Below the pieces are notes generated by a model. That model ran no database searches. It was not told where the DNA came from and worked only from the letters and a program-made list of their open reading frames with translations. This document shows, piece by piece, positions 46,335 through 55,797 of a stretch of DNA of 64,000 bases. Source of the DNA: a virus; the IMG/VR virus record IMGVR_UViG_3300031566_000020, positions 818 to 64,817 of that record, one strand, 5' to 3'. Within the stretch, counting starts at the first letter, position 1, and each line of letters opens with the position of its first letter. The translations under genes and the position numbers were made by a program.

Positions 46335-46601
46335 TTATTCATCTGACTTAGGGGTATATATAGGAAACTCTTTATACTCTCTCCCTTCAGCATAAAACAC
46401 AATGGTATTGCGAAGGGTACGAAATTCTTCGTAAATAAGTTCTTTTAAAAGAGCCTTTTGAAGACCAAGCACATTCTTGGTAACTTCAGAAATATTAGGT
46501 TGTTCTTGTAAAACTTCAATCTGTTTACAAGCCTTACCAACCAAACTCCGGCTCTGGTCTTTACAAATCCTTTTAATAAATTCCTTAGTTGCTTTGTCCA
46601 T
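46335..46601 (-). CDS. hypothetical protein (88 aa)
   Basis: AAGGGG RBS. Confidence 0.6.
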   Translation of the reverse strand: MDKATKEFIKRICKDQSRSLVGKACKQIEVLQEQPNISEVTKNVLGLQKALLKELIYEEFRTLRNTIVFYAEGREYKEFPIYTPKSDE

Positions 46602-46623
46602 ACATTCCCCTTACATTTTGCAA

Positions 46624-46648
46624 GGGGAGGAAGGTTATCTCCCTCCCC
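46624..46648 (-). terminator. GC-rich hairpin after the tail tube gene (no clear U-tract)
   Basis: GGGGAGGGAG-ATAAC-CTTCCTCCCC on the - strand. Confidence 0.5.
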
Positions 46649-46666
46649 AAGCATTAAACTACTTTA

Positions 46667-47902
46667 TTATAAATCGCCTACTGTTGTTGTAATCTTAACA
46701 TCATCAGATTCAGCAGAAACATCAATTGTGCCAAATTCGTTAGCACTAATTGAAAAACTGCCACCTGTGTATGATAAATTATCAACCTGATAACCAATTA
46801 AGAAGATATCTTTATCAGCATTGTTATAAATCTTAACAGTAATTTTAACATCATCACTGAAAGATTTAACACTTGATGCTAGGTTAGCAGAAGCTAAACT
46901 TGCCATGAAAGCTCTATCACCACGATACCGTTTTACTCTTGCACTAAAATCAACAGTTACAGGACTGTCAGAAACTTCACGAAGGATTCTTTGGTCATTA
47001 CCAAGAACCTTTTCATCAATTCTGTTAAATGTAACTGTAAGTGATAAAGAGGACAATCTATCCAATTCTAATTCAGTAACACCGTCATCAATTAAAATAG
47101 TGACGTTCTCTGCTTTGAGGAAGCAAATACTGTCAGAATCAACTGATGTTGGGTCACCGGAAGCTGGAAATGTACCAGCACTCCAATAAACGTGATAGAT
47201 ATCTCCTGTTGTAGCAGAAAGAATTGTTACTGTTGTAGTTCCATTAACATATGTATAATCTGTTGTGATTTCAAGGGTTTTAGCTTCGCCTGAACGAACA
47301 CGCACAACTGACATAACATACACACCAGCGTTATGTGGGTCTACTACAGGTGTTGGGTCAGAGATATCAATAGTATAATTCTCTGCACTATAACCAGAAC
47401 CAACTGTAGATTTGCTGAATGTTAAACATTTGTTTGCACCAGCAAAAATACGTCTGTCATCTCCGCTAAGTTCGATATCCCTTGTAATACGTCCTTCAGG
47501 GTCATCTACGTTTAGTGTAATGCTATTAACTGTACACTGTGGAATCCAAATTGTTGAATCAAGGCTTCCAGCATATGCGTCTTTTATGTAGAAAATAGCG
47601 TCGGTTAAGGAGCTATTGAAATCAGCTACATCAAGCCCCCCGGATGGTTCTGAAGCTAAGTTTGCTAAACAAAGATAACTAGCAATCTCACCACGTTCCA
47701 ACTGTGATAATGGAACTGTGACTACAGGTGTTTCTGTGTCTGTTCCACATTTTGTTTGTTTTCCAATTACATAAACTTTTTCTGACCCTACGCTTGGGTC
47801 TGCCCCTATACCTGTCAATCCATGAAGTTCATCATTTGAACCAGCTATAATTGGACGAAAGTAAGGGCTTACTGCTCTTGCGTGTCTAATATCGTCTGCC
47901 AT
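46667..47902 (-). CDS. major tail (tube) protein with Ig-like insertion
   Basis: 411 aa Thr/Ser/Val/Asp-rich; after neck genes and before chaperones/TMP; strong RBS; hairpin downstream. Confidence 0.65.
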   Translation of the reverse strand: MADDIRHARAVSPYFRPIIAGSNDELHGLTGIGADPSVGSEKVYVIGKQTKCGTDTETPVVTVPLSQLERGEIASYLCLANLASEPSGGLDVADFNSSLTDAIFYIKDAYAGSLDSTIWIPQCTVNSITLNVDDPEGRITRDIELSGDDRRIFAGANKCLTFSKSTVGSGYSAENYTIDISDPTPVVDPHNAGVYVMSVVRVRSGEAKTLEITTDYTYVNGTTTVTILSATTGDIYHVYWSAGTFPASGDPTSVDSDSICFLKAENVTILIDDGVTELELDRLSSLSLTVTFNRIDEKVLGNDQRILREVSDSPVTVDFSARVKRYRGDRAFMASLASANLASSVKSFSDDVKITVKIYNNADKDIFLIGYQVDNLSYTGGSFSISANEFGTIDVSAESDDVKITTTVGDL

Positions 47903-47978
47903 GTTTCAATTTCTCCTTTTAACTATATTTATTAATCTGTATTCAACTTCGGCACTGCGAACTGTATCTGACCATACT

Positions 47979-48227
47979 TTAACTAACTAATTTTTCTAAT
48001 TTCGACACCTTTTCTCCTTGTACTGCAAAGGATTTATCCAACTCTGTTACCTTACGGTCAATATCATTTACTCTTTTTTCAATCTTTTCAACATCAATAG
48101 CAAGATGACGTAAATCGTTAAACTTTATTGTCAAAAAAGCAATAGATGTGATAAGAGCATTTACTACTCCTAAAATAAATAAATAAAATTTCCAATCTCC
48201 GAACATCTCTATCTCCTTATTCTGCAA
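47979..48227 (-). CDS. single-TM coiled-coil protein (holin/XhlA-like)
   Basis: WKFYLFILGVVNALITSIAFLTI followed by a coiled coil. Confidence 0.45.
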   Translation of the reverse strand: MQNKEIEMFGDWKFYLFILGVVNALITSIAFLTIKFNDLRHLAIDVEKIEKRVNDIDRKVTELDKSFAVQGEKVSKLEKLVS

Positions 48228-48711
48228 TTGAAATATTGCAAGTTATTCTATGTCTAAACTTTTCAAAAAGATTAGCATCCTCTGTGCTTCTAATGGCTGT
48301 ATCGGAAACAAAATCAATTGAAGCTTTACCATTCAAAGCTTTAAATGGCGAATCCGGTGTTCCTGAATTTGGGTCATATTCATAAACATCAAATCCATCA
48401 TTAATTGTTGTTGCTACCCATTCAGCCAAATCAGCTCTCATTCCATCATCTAAAGCACGAATGTCAATAATCATAAGAAAGGATTCTAATCTTCGATTTT
48501 GACCTACAAATGCTCTTGGAGCTGTTTTGCTGTCTATATAAATAGATATATTAGGTAGTGTCCAATCATCCTGTGGAGTATTGCCTACTCTTATATCTAT
48601 TGCTTGGTTTGACCCTTTATAAAAAATAGTCAAATCGTTTGCTTCATCTGTTAAAAAATCAACAAATGAATTTTCTAAATTTCTTCTAGTTTGCCAAGTA
48701 AGATTACTCAT
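48217..48711 (-). CDS. tail terminator/completion-like protein
   Basis: WTLPNISIY, IIDIRA..D..R..L..W, RHRITCNI; position before the tail tube. Confidence 0.6.
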   Translation of the reverse strand: MSNLTWQTRRNLENSFVDFLTDEANDLTIFYKGSNQAIDIRVGNTPQDDWTLPNISIYIDSKTAPRAFVGQNRRLESFLMIIDIRALDDGMRADLAEWVATTINDGFDVYEYDPNSGTPDSPFKALNGKASIDFVSDTAIRSTEDANLFEKFRHRITCNISIAE

Positions 48712-48713
48712 GA

Positions 48714-49049
48714 TTAAAATAAGCTTTCTGTTATTTCAAGAGTTAAAATTGTTGTTTTATCAACAGAAGTTGTTGCGTTCCATGTGGTTTTTAACTGTAA
48801 TTTATAAAAACCAACTGCTAAATTAAGGTCAGTTGTGTTTAACGTGATATAAGCATACCCATTACCAACATTTGTTTTATCAAAATCGGAATCAGATTTT
48901 GAAATAACAGCAGTTCCAGCACTATTTTCAACCTTTAAAGCAAATGTAGCAGTGGTGATAGCTGTATCATAATAAAAACTTAACCTTTTGGCTTCTGTTT
49001 GAACTAAAGATAATTTTGTTGTATTTTTTCCATTAATAGTTACTGACAT
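48714..49049 (-). CDS. BppU-like beta-sandwich protein
   Basis: TATFALK...GYAYITLNTTDL....YKLQLK...TT. Confidence 0.55.
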   Translation of the reverse strand: MSVTINGKNTTKLSLVQTEAKRLSFYYDTAITTATFALKVENSAGTAVISKSDSDFDKTNVGNGYAYITLNTTDLNLAVGFYKLQLKTTWNATTSVDKTTILTLEITESLF

Positions 49050-49177
49050 TATTCTACCTCGATTTTAATAAGAATATCTGTTGTTAATTCAATATTTATT
49101 TCCTGTACTACTTCTGTTGTTTCTTCTGTTTCAACAGGAGGTAAAAAACCCTTAGTTATTAAAGTAAGACCACTCAT
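49049..49177 (-). CDS. small hypothetical protein (42 aa)
   Basis: Read manually: MSGLTLITKGFLPP...; AAGGAG RBS; TAATG overlap. Confidence 0.5.
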   Translation of the reverse strand: MSGLTLITKGFLPPVETEETTEVVQEINIELTTDILIKIEVE

Positions 49178-49179
49178 AT

Positions 49180-50289
49180 TTACTCCTTCACCACTTTATA
49201 AGTTTCCATCTGATTAGAACCGTCATAAGTGGCTGTTAAAGTATATGTTGCGATTTCGTTTTCAGCATTATCACAATCTGTTTTTGATGAATAAATTTTA
49301 ACTGTTGCGGATGTTAAAAGTCCACTTGAATAAACAGGGGATGAAATTCTATAATTTTCTTGACTTAATCCTAAAATATAAGGAATTTTATCAGTTTGTG
49401 TTTTAATAGAATCAACATTTCCATCTACAGTTGTTAAATTGCTATTAATTGTATCTACAATTCCATCAACCACAACAACTTTTGCATCTAAGGTATCAAT
49501 CTTTGTTTCATTTGCATCCACTTCGGTTATAATTTCGTCTTTATCTGAAGTTGCTTCTGAACGCTTTACAGCATCATATGTTTCCAAAGCTGTATCTATG
49601 TCACTAGAGCTTAAATCGTTTAATGCATCAATCTTTGTTTCATTTGCATCCACTTCGGTTATAATTTCGTCTTTATCTGAAGTTGCTTCTGACCTTTTCA
49701 CACCATCATATGTTTCTAATTCAGTAGCTATATCAGAAGAACTTAAATCATTCAGATTTCCAATAGCAGTAGTAATAGCTTCTTTATCTGAAGTTGCTTC
49801 TGTTCTTGTTGGTGGGTCATAAGAATTTAAAGAAGTTGTTACATGCCCTTCAACATTTCCTTCAATAGCCAAAGCAGAAACATCAGCTTTCAAATCACTT
49901 GCTCCGGCAACTGCTCCACCGCCAACTTGAGTAACATCTACTTGTAAGTTATCGGTGCTGAAGAATGAATCATATACATTTGTCGGAACTACCATAAATC
50001 TTGCGAAAGTAGGAAGACATAAATCTGCATCTTGTATAACAACTTCTAATAATCCTAAAGTAGCTGTATCATCAGTTGTTAATGTTAAATCGTACCATCC
50101 ATCACAATTGGTAACAGCAGACCAAGCATTTCCGCTAATATCTGTTGTTCCAGCTCCATTATGTTTTAGTAATTCTGCTTGGTCAGCAGAAGCTAATACG
50201 ACATTAGTTACTGGTGTTACTGCATCTGATATATCCATGAAACAGCCAATACGAACATCAACTGCTGTGGATTGTTTTAAGAATTGCAT
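49180..50289 (-). CDS. virion fibre/decoration protein with 44-aa tandem repeats
   Basis: RSEATSDKDEIITEVDANETKID repeated with a 132-bp period. Confidence 0.65.
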   Translation of the reverse strand: MQFLKQSTAVDVRIGCFMDISDAVTPVTNVVLASADQAELLKHNGAGTTDISGNAWSAVTNCDGWYDLTLTTDDTATLGLLEVVIQDADLCLPTFARFMVVPTNVYDSFFSTDNLQVDVTQVGGGAVAGASDLKADVSALAIEGNVEGHVTTSLNSYDPPTRTEATSDKEAITTAIGNLNDLSSSDIATELETYDGVKRSEATSDKDEIITEVDANETKIDALNDLSSSDIDTALETYDAVKRSEATSDKDEIITEVDANETKIDTLDAKVVVVDGIVDTINSNLTTVDGNVDSIKTQTDKIPYILGLSQENYRISSPVYSSGLLTSATVKIYSSKTDCDNAENEIATYTLTATYDGSNQMETYKVVKE

Positions 50290-52340
50290 TGTATCATCCT
50301 CCTAAAATGTGTTAAAACTGGTATTGAAATCCCTGATAATAAATCTAAACCATCTTCAGTTCCATCTCCACCATTATAAATTGATTTTACTTGGTCTTCT
50401 GTTAAAGCTTTTCTATATATCCTTAAATCATCCATATGAGAAGTAGATATTTCTGTTGGAGTTCCAGCATTTGAATATCCATTTGAACAGACAATATCAA
50501 TATCAGAAATATCAGCTATCCATGCAGTTGTATCAGTAGTGGCATAGACTGTACCTTCAACACCATTGAGATATAGCTTTGGAGAAACACCATCTTGTAC
50601 AAGAGCAACATGATGCCAATTATTTAACCATGTTTCTGTTAGAGGAGAGGAAGCACTCCAATTACGAGAACCTCCTTCGTAATGGTGGGCATAAAAATAA
50701 CTATTTTGTCCTCTAATAATAATATATGATTGGTTATAAGCACCATCTCCACTATCTCCAATTCCAAAGAAAGAACAAGTATTTGCTGTTGGGTATACCC
50801 AAAAAGTTATTGAACCAACAGTATCATCTTTTATTATAGGAATTAAATCATTATAAGTTAGGATATCTCCACCAGCCAATAATCTAAGACCTGTATTTAT
50901 CTTTCCAGTTGTTGTGAATGTAGCTCCTGTTCCGCTAACTATAAGTCCATCTACAACACCAGCAGAATCTTCAATAACAGTAGTTGCGTCAGTATCATTC
51001 ATTTTGTAATGAGCAAGTTCATGAGTATATGGTTTTGTTGGTGGTATAAAATTTGTTGTATGCCTAAGTGTATCTAATTGTGCTGGTGTTGAAAGTCCAT
51101 CAAATCTGCGAAAAGAAAATTCATCTATATAGCCATTGAAAGCATTAGCGGTTATGCTTGAATATTTGCCAAGTGTCCAAACATAACCTAAAGTAGCTCC
51201 TGAATTAACTGTAGAACCTGATAATTTCTCTCCATCAATAAAAATATACCAATCAGGATATACAGCACCAAAACGACCACCACAAGTTGCATATACATGA
51301 TACCATTGTCCAGCACTTAGGGATTTATTTCCAATAGTATTACCCCACCAAACCCAATCTCCTGTGGTATGATTGTAATATATTGTTACAGCACCAAAGC
51401 CAACAATCCAATATAATCTTGAAGTTAATGTCGGAAAATAAATCCAAAATTCAAATACATAAGGAGATGTATTTCCATAATTATCCGTACCTACTCCTTG
51501 TATATCTGCTGAATCTGATTGACTAAAATCAAATGCATAACTTCCAAATTTGCTTGTAGCAGTATAACTTAAATTTGCTGGTTCTACCGTAACATCATTA
51601 AGCATAGCATTATCGGTATTTTCTTCACCATGAAGAAGAACCTTCATATAACTATCAATTTCGTTTGGATTTCTAGGTACAATTAGATTTTCTGTTCCAT
51701 TTCCAGAATTGTAAAATGCTGTCATTTCATCTGCTGTAAGCATTCCAGACCAAATCCTAAATTCATCTAAATAATCTGTGAAATATGTACTGCCAGTACG
51801 TCCAATTATGGTAGTAGCATCTCTATAAGTTCCAGAAATACCTGTAAAATCTAAAGTATCAGCAAGAGAATTATTAACATAAATTTTTACTTCTTCATTT
51901 GTACTATCCCAAACAATAACAATACATTGCCAATCCGTTGAATCATAAATGTAATCTGTTGTTTGATATTGGTCGCCTAACCCTATTGAAAGACTAGCCA
52001 TTCCACCACTTTCAACTGTGCCTAATTGAACATGAAAACGTGTGGTAGCAGAAACAGCAGATGGTACAATAACAGGTGAACCTTCAATAGTGCATCCTTT
52101 TATCCAAAATCCAATTGAAAAATCTTCCAAATCACCTAGTATTTGATGTGGATTAAATGGGCATGTGATATACTTTCCAAGAGTTGTAAAATAAAAACAG
52201 CCAGTTCCGACTTTTCCTGTATCATGTAACCATGATGTATATGTATTCACAGTTCCTGTAAAATTACCTGTACTGTCAATAACATTTTGCCCATCAGCTA
52301 TATTATCATTCAATCCATATCGCAATAATAAAGTTGCCAT
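50277..52340 (-). CDS. triple LamG-domain virion protein
   Basis: Three LamG-like blocks (FSIGFW...LDEFRIW; FEFWIY...IDEFSF; HYKMND...ITFWV...MDDLRIY). Confidence 0.8.
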   Translation of the reverse strand: MATLLLRYGLNDNIADGQNVIDSTGNFTGTVNTYTSWLHDTGKVGTGCFYFTTLGKYITCPFNPHQILGDLEDFSIGFWIKGCTIEGSPVIVPSAVSATTRFHVQLGTVESGGMASLSIGLGDQYQTTDYIYDSTDWQCIVIVWDSTNEEVKIYVNNSLADTLDFTGISGTYRDATTIIGRTGSTYFTDYLDEFRIWSGMLTADEMTAFYNSGNGTENLIVPRNPNEIDSYMKVLLHGEENTDNAMLNDVTVEPANLSYTATSKFGSYAFDFSQSDSADIQGVGTDNYGNTSPYVFEFWIYFPTLTSRLYWIVGFGAVTIYYNHTTGDWVWWGNTIGNKSLSAGQWYHVYATCGGRFGAVYPDWYIFIDGEKLSGSTVNSGATLGYVWTLGKYSSITANAFNGYIDEFSFRRFDGLSTPAQLDTLRHTTNFIPPTKPYTHELAHYKMNDTDATTVIEDSAGVVDGLIVSGTGATFTTTGKINTGLRLLAGGDILTYNDLIPIIKDDTVGSITFWVYPTANTCSFFGIGDSGDGAYNQSYIIIRGQNSYFYAHHYEGGSRNWSASSPLTETWLNNWHHVALVQDGVSPKLYLNGVEGTVYATTDTTAWIADISDIDIVCSNGYSNAGTPTEISTSHMDDLRIYRKALTEDQVKSIYNGGDGTEDGLDLLSGISIPVLTHFRRMIQCNS

Positions 52341-52342
52341 TT

Positions 52343-52849
52343 TTAAATTTTACCTTTTCCTAAAACTGATTTAATAAGTATATTTACTTCTGCTAAAGTT
52401 GCATCTATATAATTTTTTGCTTTAATAGGCTTCGTTGGGTTAATCAAAAATCCACCGGAACTACTTTGATACCATCTTCCACCGCTTTGACCAGCAGTGG
52501 GCTGTGGAACACCCGGAGCAAATTGACCTCTACTTCTTGGTGGTGTTTTTCTTCCACTTTGAGCCACACCAAAGTTCTGCCAATACCAATAAGGTGCATT
52601 TTGGTTCAAATACTCAATATCGCCAACACCCCAACTTGCTTCGCCCAACTGAACTGCAAAAAATGAATTAGCCAAGTTTCCTTCAGAACCAGCTCTTTCA
52701 ATTCGTTCTGTAATTTTCTGACGAATTAGAGTTTCTGTTTCTCTTGCTAATCTTTCAATCTGTATAGCTGATAATTTATAAAGACTGTCTATCTGACGCT
52801 TTACAAATCCAGCATCAATACCTGTAATTTTAACTCTATAATGAACCAT
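52343..52849 (-). CDS. neck protein (HK97 gp10-like)
   Basis: EGNLANS...WGVGD..YLNQNAPYW...NFG...IKAKNYI. Confidence 0.6.
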   Translation of the reverse strand: MVHYRVKITGIDAGFVKRQIDSLYKLSAIQIERLARETETLIRQKITERIERAGSEGNLANSFFAVQLGEASWGVGDIEYLNQNAPYWYWQNFGVAQSGRKTPPRSRGQFAPGVPQPTAGQSGGRWYQSSSGGFLINPTKPIKAKNYIDATLAEVNILIKSVLGKGKI

Positions 52850-53271
52850 TATGTATCTCGCCTAAAAAGAATAATTTTACTATAAGAAGAATAAGTTGTT
52901 GGATAAATAAGAAACTTATTTCCTACAGCTTCACTATAAGCGTAATATGCGTTACTGTCAATAGTAATTGCTTCTGCATTTTTAATCAATTCCACATCAT
53001 CATCAGAAACAATTATTGCTAAAGCCCCTGTTTGGGCTACTCCTAATCCTTGATAGGAAAGAGAAGACCCACTAATTGTTTTCTTTAAAATCTTAACAGG
53101 AATAGCGTTCATATATGTTTCTGTCCATCCTGTATCACGATACTTATCGTATCTTGTTCCTTTTGTTTTTGACTTCTTCAATGTAACCAAAGCTGTTTCG
53201 TGACATCTGCGGAAAATATCATCAAATACTTTTTTATTAATATTAGGTAATGGCATTATTCGCTTGTCCAA
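52849..53271 (-). CDS. head closure/stopper-like protein
   Basis: Beta-rich 140 aa in the neck cluster. Confidence 0.5.
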   Translation of the reverse strand: MDKRIMPLPNINKKVFDDIFRRCHETALVTLKKSKTKGTRYDKYRDTGWTETYMNAIPVKILKKTISGSSLSYQGLGVAQTGALAIIVSDDDVELIKNAEAITIDSNAYYAYSEAVGNKFLIYPTTYSSYSKIILFRRDT

Positions 53272-53630
53272 TCTACATCTTCATATTCTAAGTAAATATA
53301 TTTTTTGGCAATCGTTTTGACTACCCCTGATGCTAACTCTCTTTCTACTTCTAAATAGCAATCGTGGCAAAAATTATCCGTTTCATCTTTAGCAACAGTA
53401 ACAGTAAATTCACCACTTTCTGCATCAGTGATTTCTATTTCATCATCACTTCCACCTGTTACATCAGATGTTGCCATTTTTGTGTAATTGCCATCTGCAT
53501 CAGTAAATTGTGCCCTTAAAGTCCATCCAGTAATATCTGTGTCACGAACAACAAAAGGAAAACTCAAAGTATCACCTTGATAAAACTTCTCATCATCATC
53601 CCAATTGTATCTTATTTTATATGTACTCAT
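53256..53630 (-). CDS. BppU-like beta-sandwich protein
   Basis: FYQGDTLSFPFVV..TDITGWT..AQ...GEFTVTV...T...YLEVE. Confidence 0.65.
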   Translation of the reverse strand: MSTYKIRYNWDDDEKFYQGDTLSFPFVVRDTDITGWTLRAQFTDADGNYTKMATSDVTGGSDDEIEITDAESGEFTVTVAKDETDNFCHDCYLEVERELASGVVKTIAKKYIYLEYEDVDWTSE

Positions 53631-54223
53631 GATATGTCCTCACGCAATTCAGTTGTAATATCCCCCAAATAGCTTTGGAAATGTACAAATGCTTCTTTAA
53701 TTTGTTCTTGGTCTGATTTATCTCTTTTTGCTTCAATAGTCAAATCCGGAATAGCAATCTTAACATTCTGTGGATTGATTAAGATAGAAGCGATAATAGC
53801 GATAAAATAAAGTTCATTTGTACTTGGGTCTGTATCGTTTACAGCAACAACAGTTGTGCCGGATATTTCAAAGGTTTTTTTGTATTGATATTGCACAAAA
53901 TAACTTAAAGCACTTTCGATATAACTTGAAATCTCTGTATCTGAATATTCAAGGTAATATGAATAAGTAATAATAACCGTATCATTTGCTGTTAAAGATG
54001 CGGATACTGTCACATAACCTGTGCTTGAGCTATAAGTAAAACTAGATGTAGCTACTCCATTAATTGTAACAGCAATTGTAGCAGAGGATACATAATCTTT
54101 TGATAATTTAAAGGTATTGTCAGAAGAATAAGTAAAAACTTGTCTTCCATCAGTCCTTAATGTATCTTGAATCAGCCCTCTTACGATTGACGTTATACTT
54201 GCTACTGTGTTTGTAAGTGCCAT
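53627..54223 (-). CDS. head-tail adaptor with Ig-like insertion
   Basis: IVRGLIQD...YSDTEISSYIESAL; near the major capsid gene. Confidence 0.6.
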   Translation of the reverse strand: MALTNTVASITSIVRGLIQDTLRTDGRQVFTYSSDNTFKLSKDYVSSATIAVTINGVATSSFTYSSSTGYVTVSASLTANDTVIITYSYYLEYSDTEISSYIESALSYFVQYQYKKTFEISGTTVVAVNDTDPSTNELYFIAIIASILINPQNVKIAIPDLTIEAKRDKSDQEQIKEAFVHFQSYLGDITTELREDIS

Positions 54224-54707
54224 AAGGTTTATCCTCTTTTTTCAATAAAACTTCGTTTTTGTCTTCTCTTACTTTTATAATTTCAAAACCATTTTTTCTT
54301 AAAATATATGCTGGTTTATAAGCTTTTGTTTTTACATTAAATTTAATAAAGTGCCTATTTTTAATATTAACCTTGATAAATAACGCATTTAATTTTTGCC
54401 AACTTAAATAATTAATAAGGTCTTGGAAATCTGTTTGATTATCAGAAAGCACTTTAATATATTTTCGTTCTGACTTATCTTTATAGCCGACCACTAATAA
54501 TACAGCCTTTATTTCTCCACAGTCTTCCTTCACATAGCATTTATTATTCCATTTCATGCATTCGTTAAATACCTGTTTAGCAACAGTAGCATCAGTAAGA
54601 AAATAACGCTTATTATCTTTTGTGATATAAAAATCTCCATAAGAATCACGCTTTTGGCAATAATAAATAAAATTTTTTAAATCTTTTGACTTTAGTGGTC
54701 TTATCAT
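54150..54707 (-). CDS. hypothetical basic protein, GNAT-like fold suspected
   Basis: MIRPLKSKDL start; YVKEDCGEIKAVLLV; LRKNGFEII. Confidence 0.45.
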   Translation of the reverse strand: MIRPLKSKDLKNFIYYCQKRDSYGDFYITKDNKRYFLTDATVAKQVFNECMKWNNKCYVKEDCGEIKAVLLVVGYKDKSERKYIKVLSDNQTDFQDLINYLSWQKLNALFIKVNIKNRHFIKFNVKTKAYKPAYILRKNGFEIIKVREDKNEVLLKKEDKPYGTYKHSSKYNVNRKRADSRYIKD

Positions 54708-54729
54708 TTTTCTTTTTTCTATTAAAGGT

Positions 54730-54768
54730 TAAAAGAAGTGGTGGAGGAGGATTTCTCCTCCTCCCCAC
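54730..54768 (-). terminator. rho-independent terminator after the major capsid gene
   Basis: GTGG-GGAGGAGGA-GAAA-TCCTCCTCC-A-CCAC then TTCTTTT on the - strand. Confidence 0.8.
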
Positions 54769-54784
54769 ATATTACCTATAACTA

Positions 54785-55765
54785 TTAGCTACGAGTGAAT
54801 TTTGAGAAACAATAATCGTTAAGTGCGGTGGCACTATATTCTTCAAAACCTACGAAGCCTTTAGCGATTTTGCTGTTAGAACCAATGTTAATCTCGTTTC
54901 CTGTAGAGATAACAATACGTTCCTTTGAAGCTGGTTTCATTTCTGTATCGAATGAATTTGCCAACTCTGCTGTCTGACGACGAGCAACTAACAAAGGACG
55001 ATTCTTTTTAGCATCAGAAACTGCTACAACGTATGCTTTTGTTGCTGACATAACGGTTGTTGATGAACCGTTAATAGTAACAGCTAATGATTCAATAGGA
55101 ATGTGCTTATCTACAACATCATAGATAGAAACAGCTTGATTCTTATTGGCATCATAGTTTAACAACATAACGTCAGTTGTAACTGTTCCACCAGTGATAA
55201 GAACTAGATTGCGTCCATAAGGAGCAACTTCTCTAGCCATATCAACTAGGTCAGGAAATACGAATTTGGTTTCGCCACTACGAAGAGTGTGTAGGTTTGA
55301 AACAGTTATAGCACCAGCATCAACAAGAGCTAGAACAGCATAAATTTCCTGTCTGTCCATAGCTTCCTGAATCATGTCAGCGTTGAAAGTAAGTACATCA
55401 TGGTCACCCTGTAACCAATCCTGTAAACAAACATAAATCTTTTCAGAAACTAAGTCTGTCCAAGTAACTTCGGTGCGTGAACTTGGGGTAACTGCTGTTT
55501 CTGTTAGATTACATCCGCTAGTTAGTGTGCGAACCTTCTTTGTTACTGTTTCAGGAGCTAGGTAGTAAAGATGCTCTCCACGACCAACTCTCTCAAACCG
55601 GGCAATTGCGTCAATTACTTCAGGGATAGGAAGCTCAACATCATAGACATCACCAATTGTCTTTGCAATGAAAAGTTCTCTATCCGCATCAGAGTAATTC
55701 CTTGCTTCTTTCATTTTTTCTGATAGAACTGTTTTTTGTTCTGCGGTTAATTTGATTTTACTCAT
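54785..55765 (-). CDS. major capsid protein (HK97 fold, inferred)
   Basis: 326 aa; follows protease-scaffold; GGAGGA RBS; terminator after; precedes neck genes. Confidence 0.75.
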   Translation of the reverse strand: MSKIKLTAEQKTVLSEKMKEARNYSDADRELFIAKTIGDVYDVELPIPEVIDAIARFERVGRGEHLYYLAPETVTKKVRTLTSGCNLTETAVTPSSRTEVTWTDLVSEKIYVCLQDWLQGDHDVLTFNADMIQEAMDRQEIYAVLALVDAGAITVSNLHTLRSGETKFVFPDLVDMAREVAPYGRNLVLITGGTVTTDVMLLNYDANKNQAVSIYDVVDKHIPIESLAVTINGSSTTVMSATKAYVVAVSDAKKNRPLLVARRQTAELANSFDTEMKPASKERIVISTGNEINIGSNSKIAKGFVGFEEYSATALNDYCFSKFTRS

Positions 55766-55797
55766 TTCTTTTGTTTCCTCCTAATAATTATTAATAA

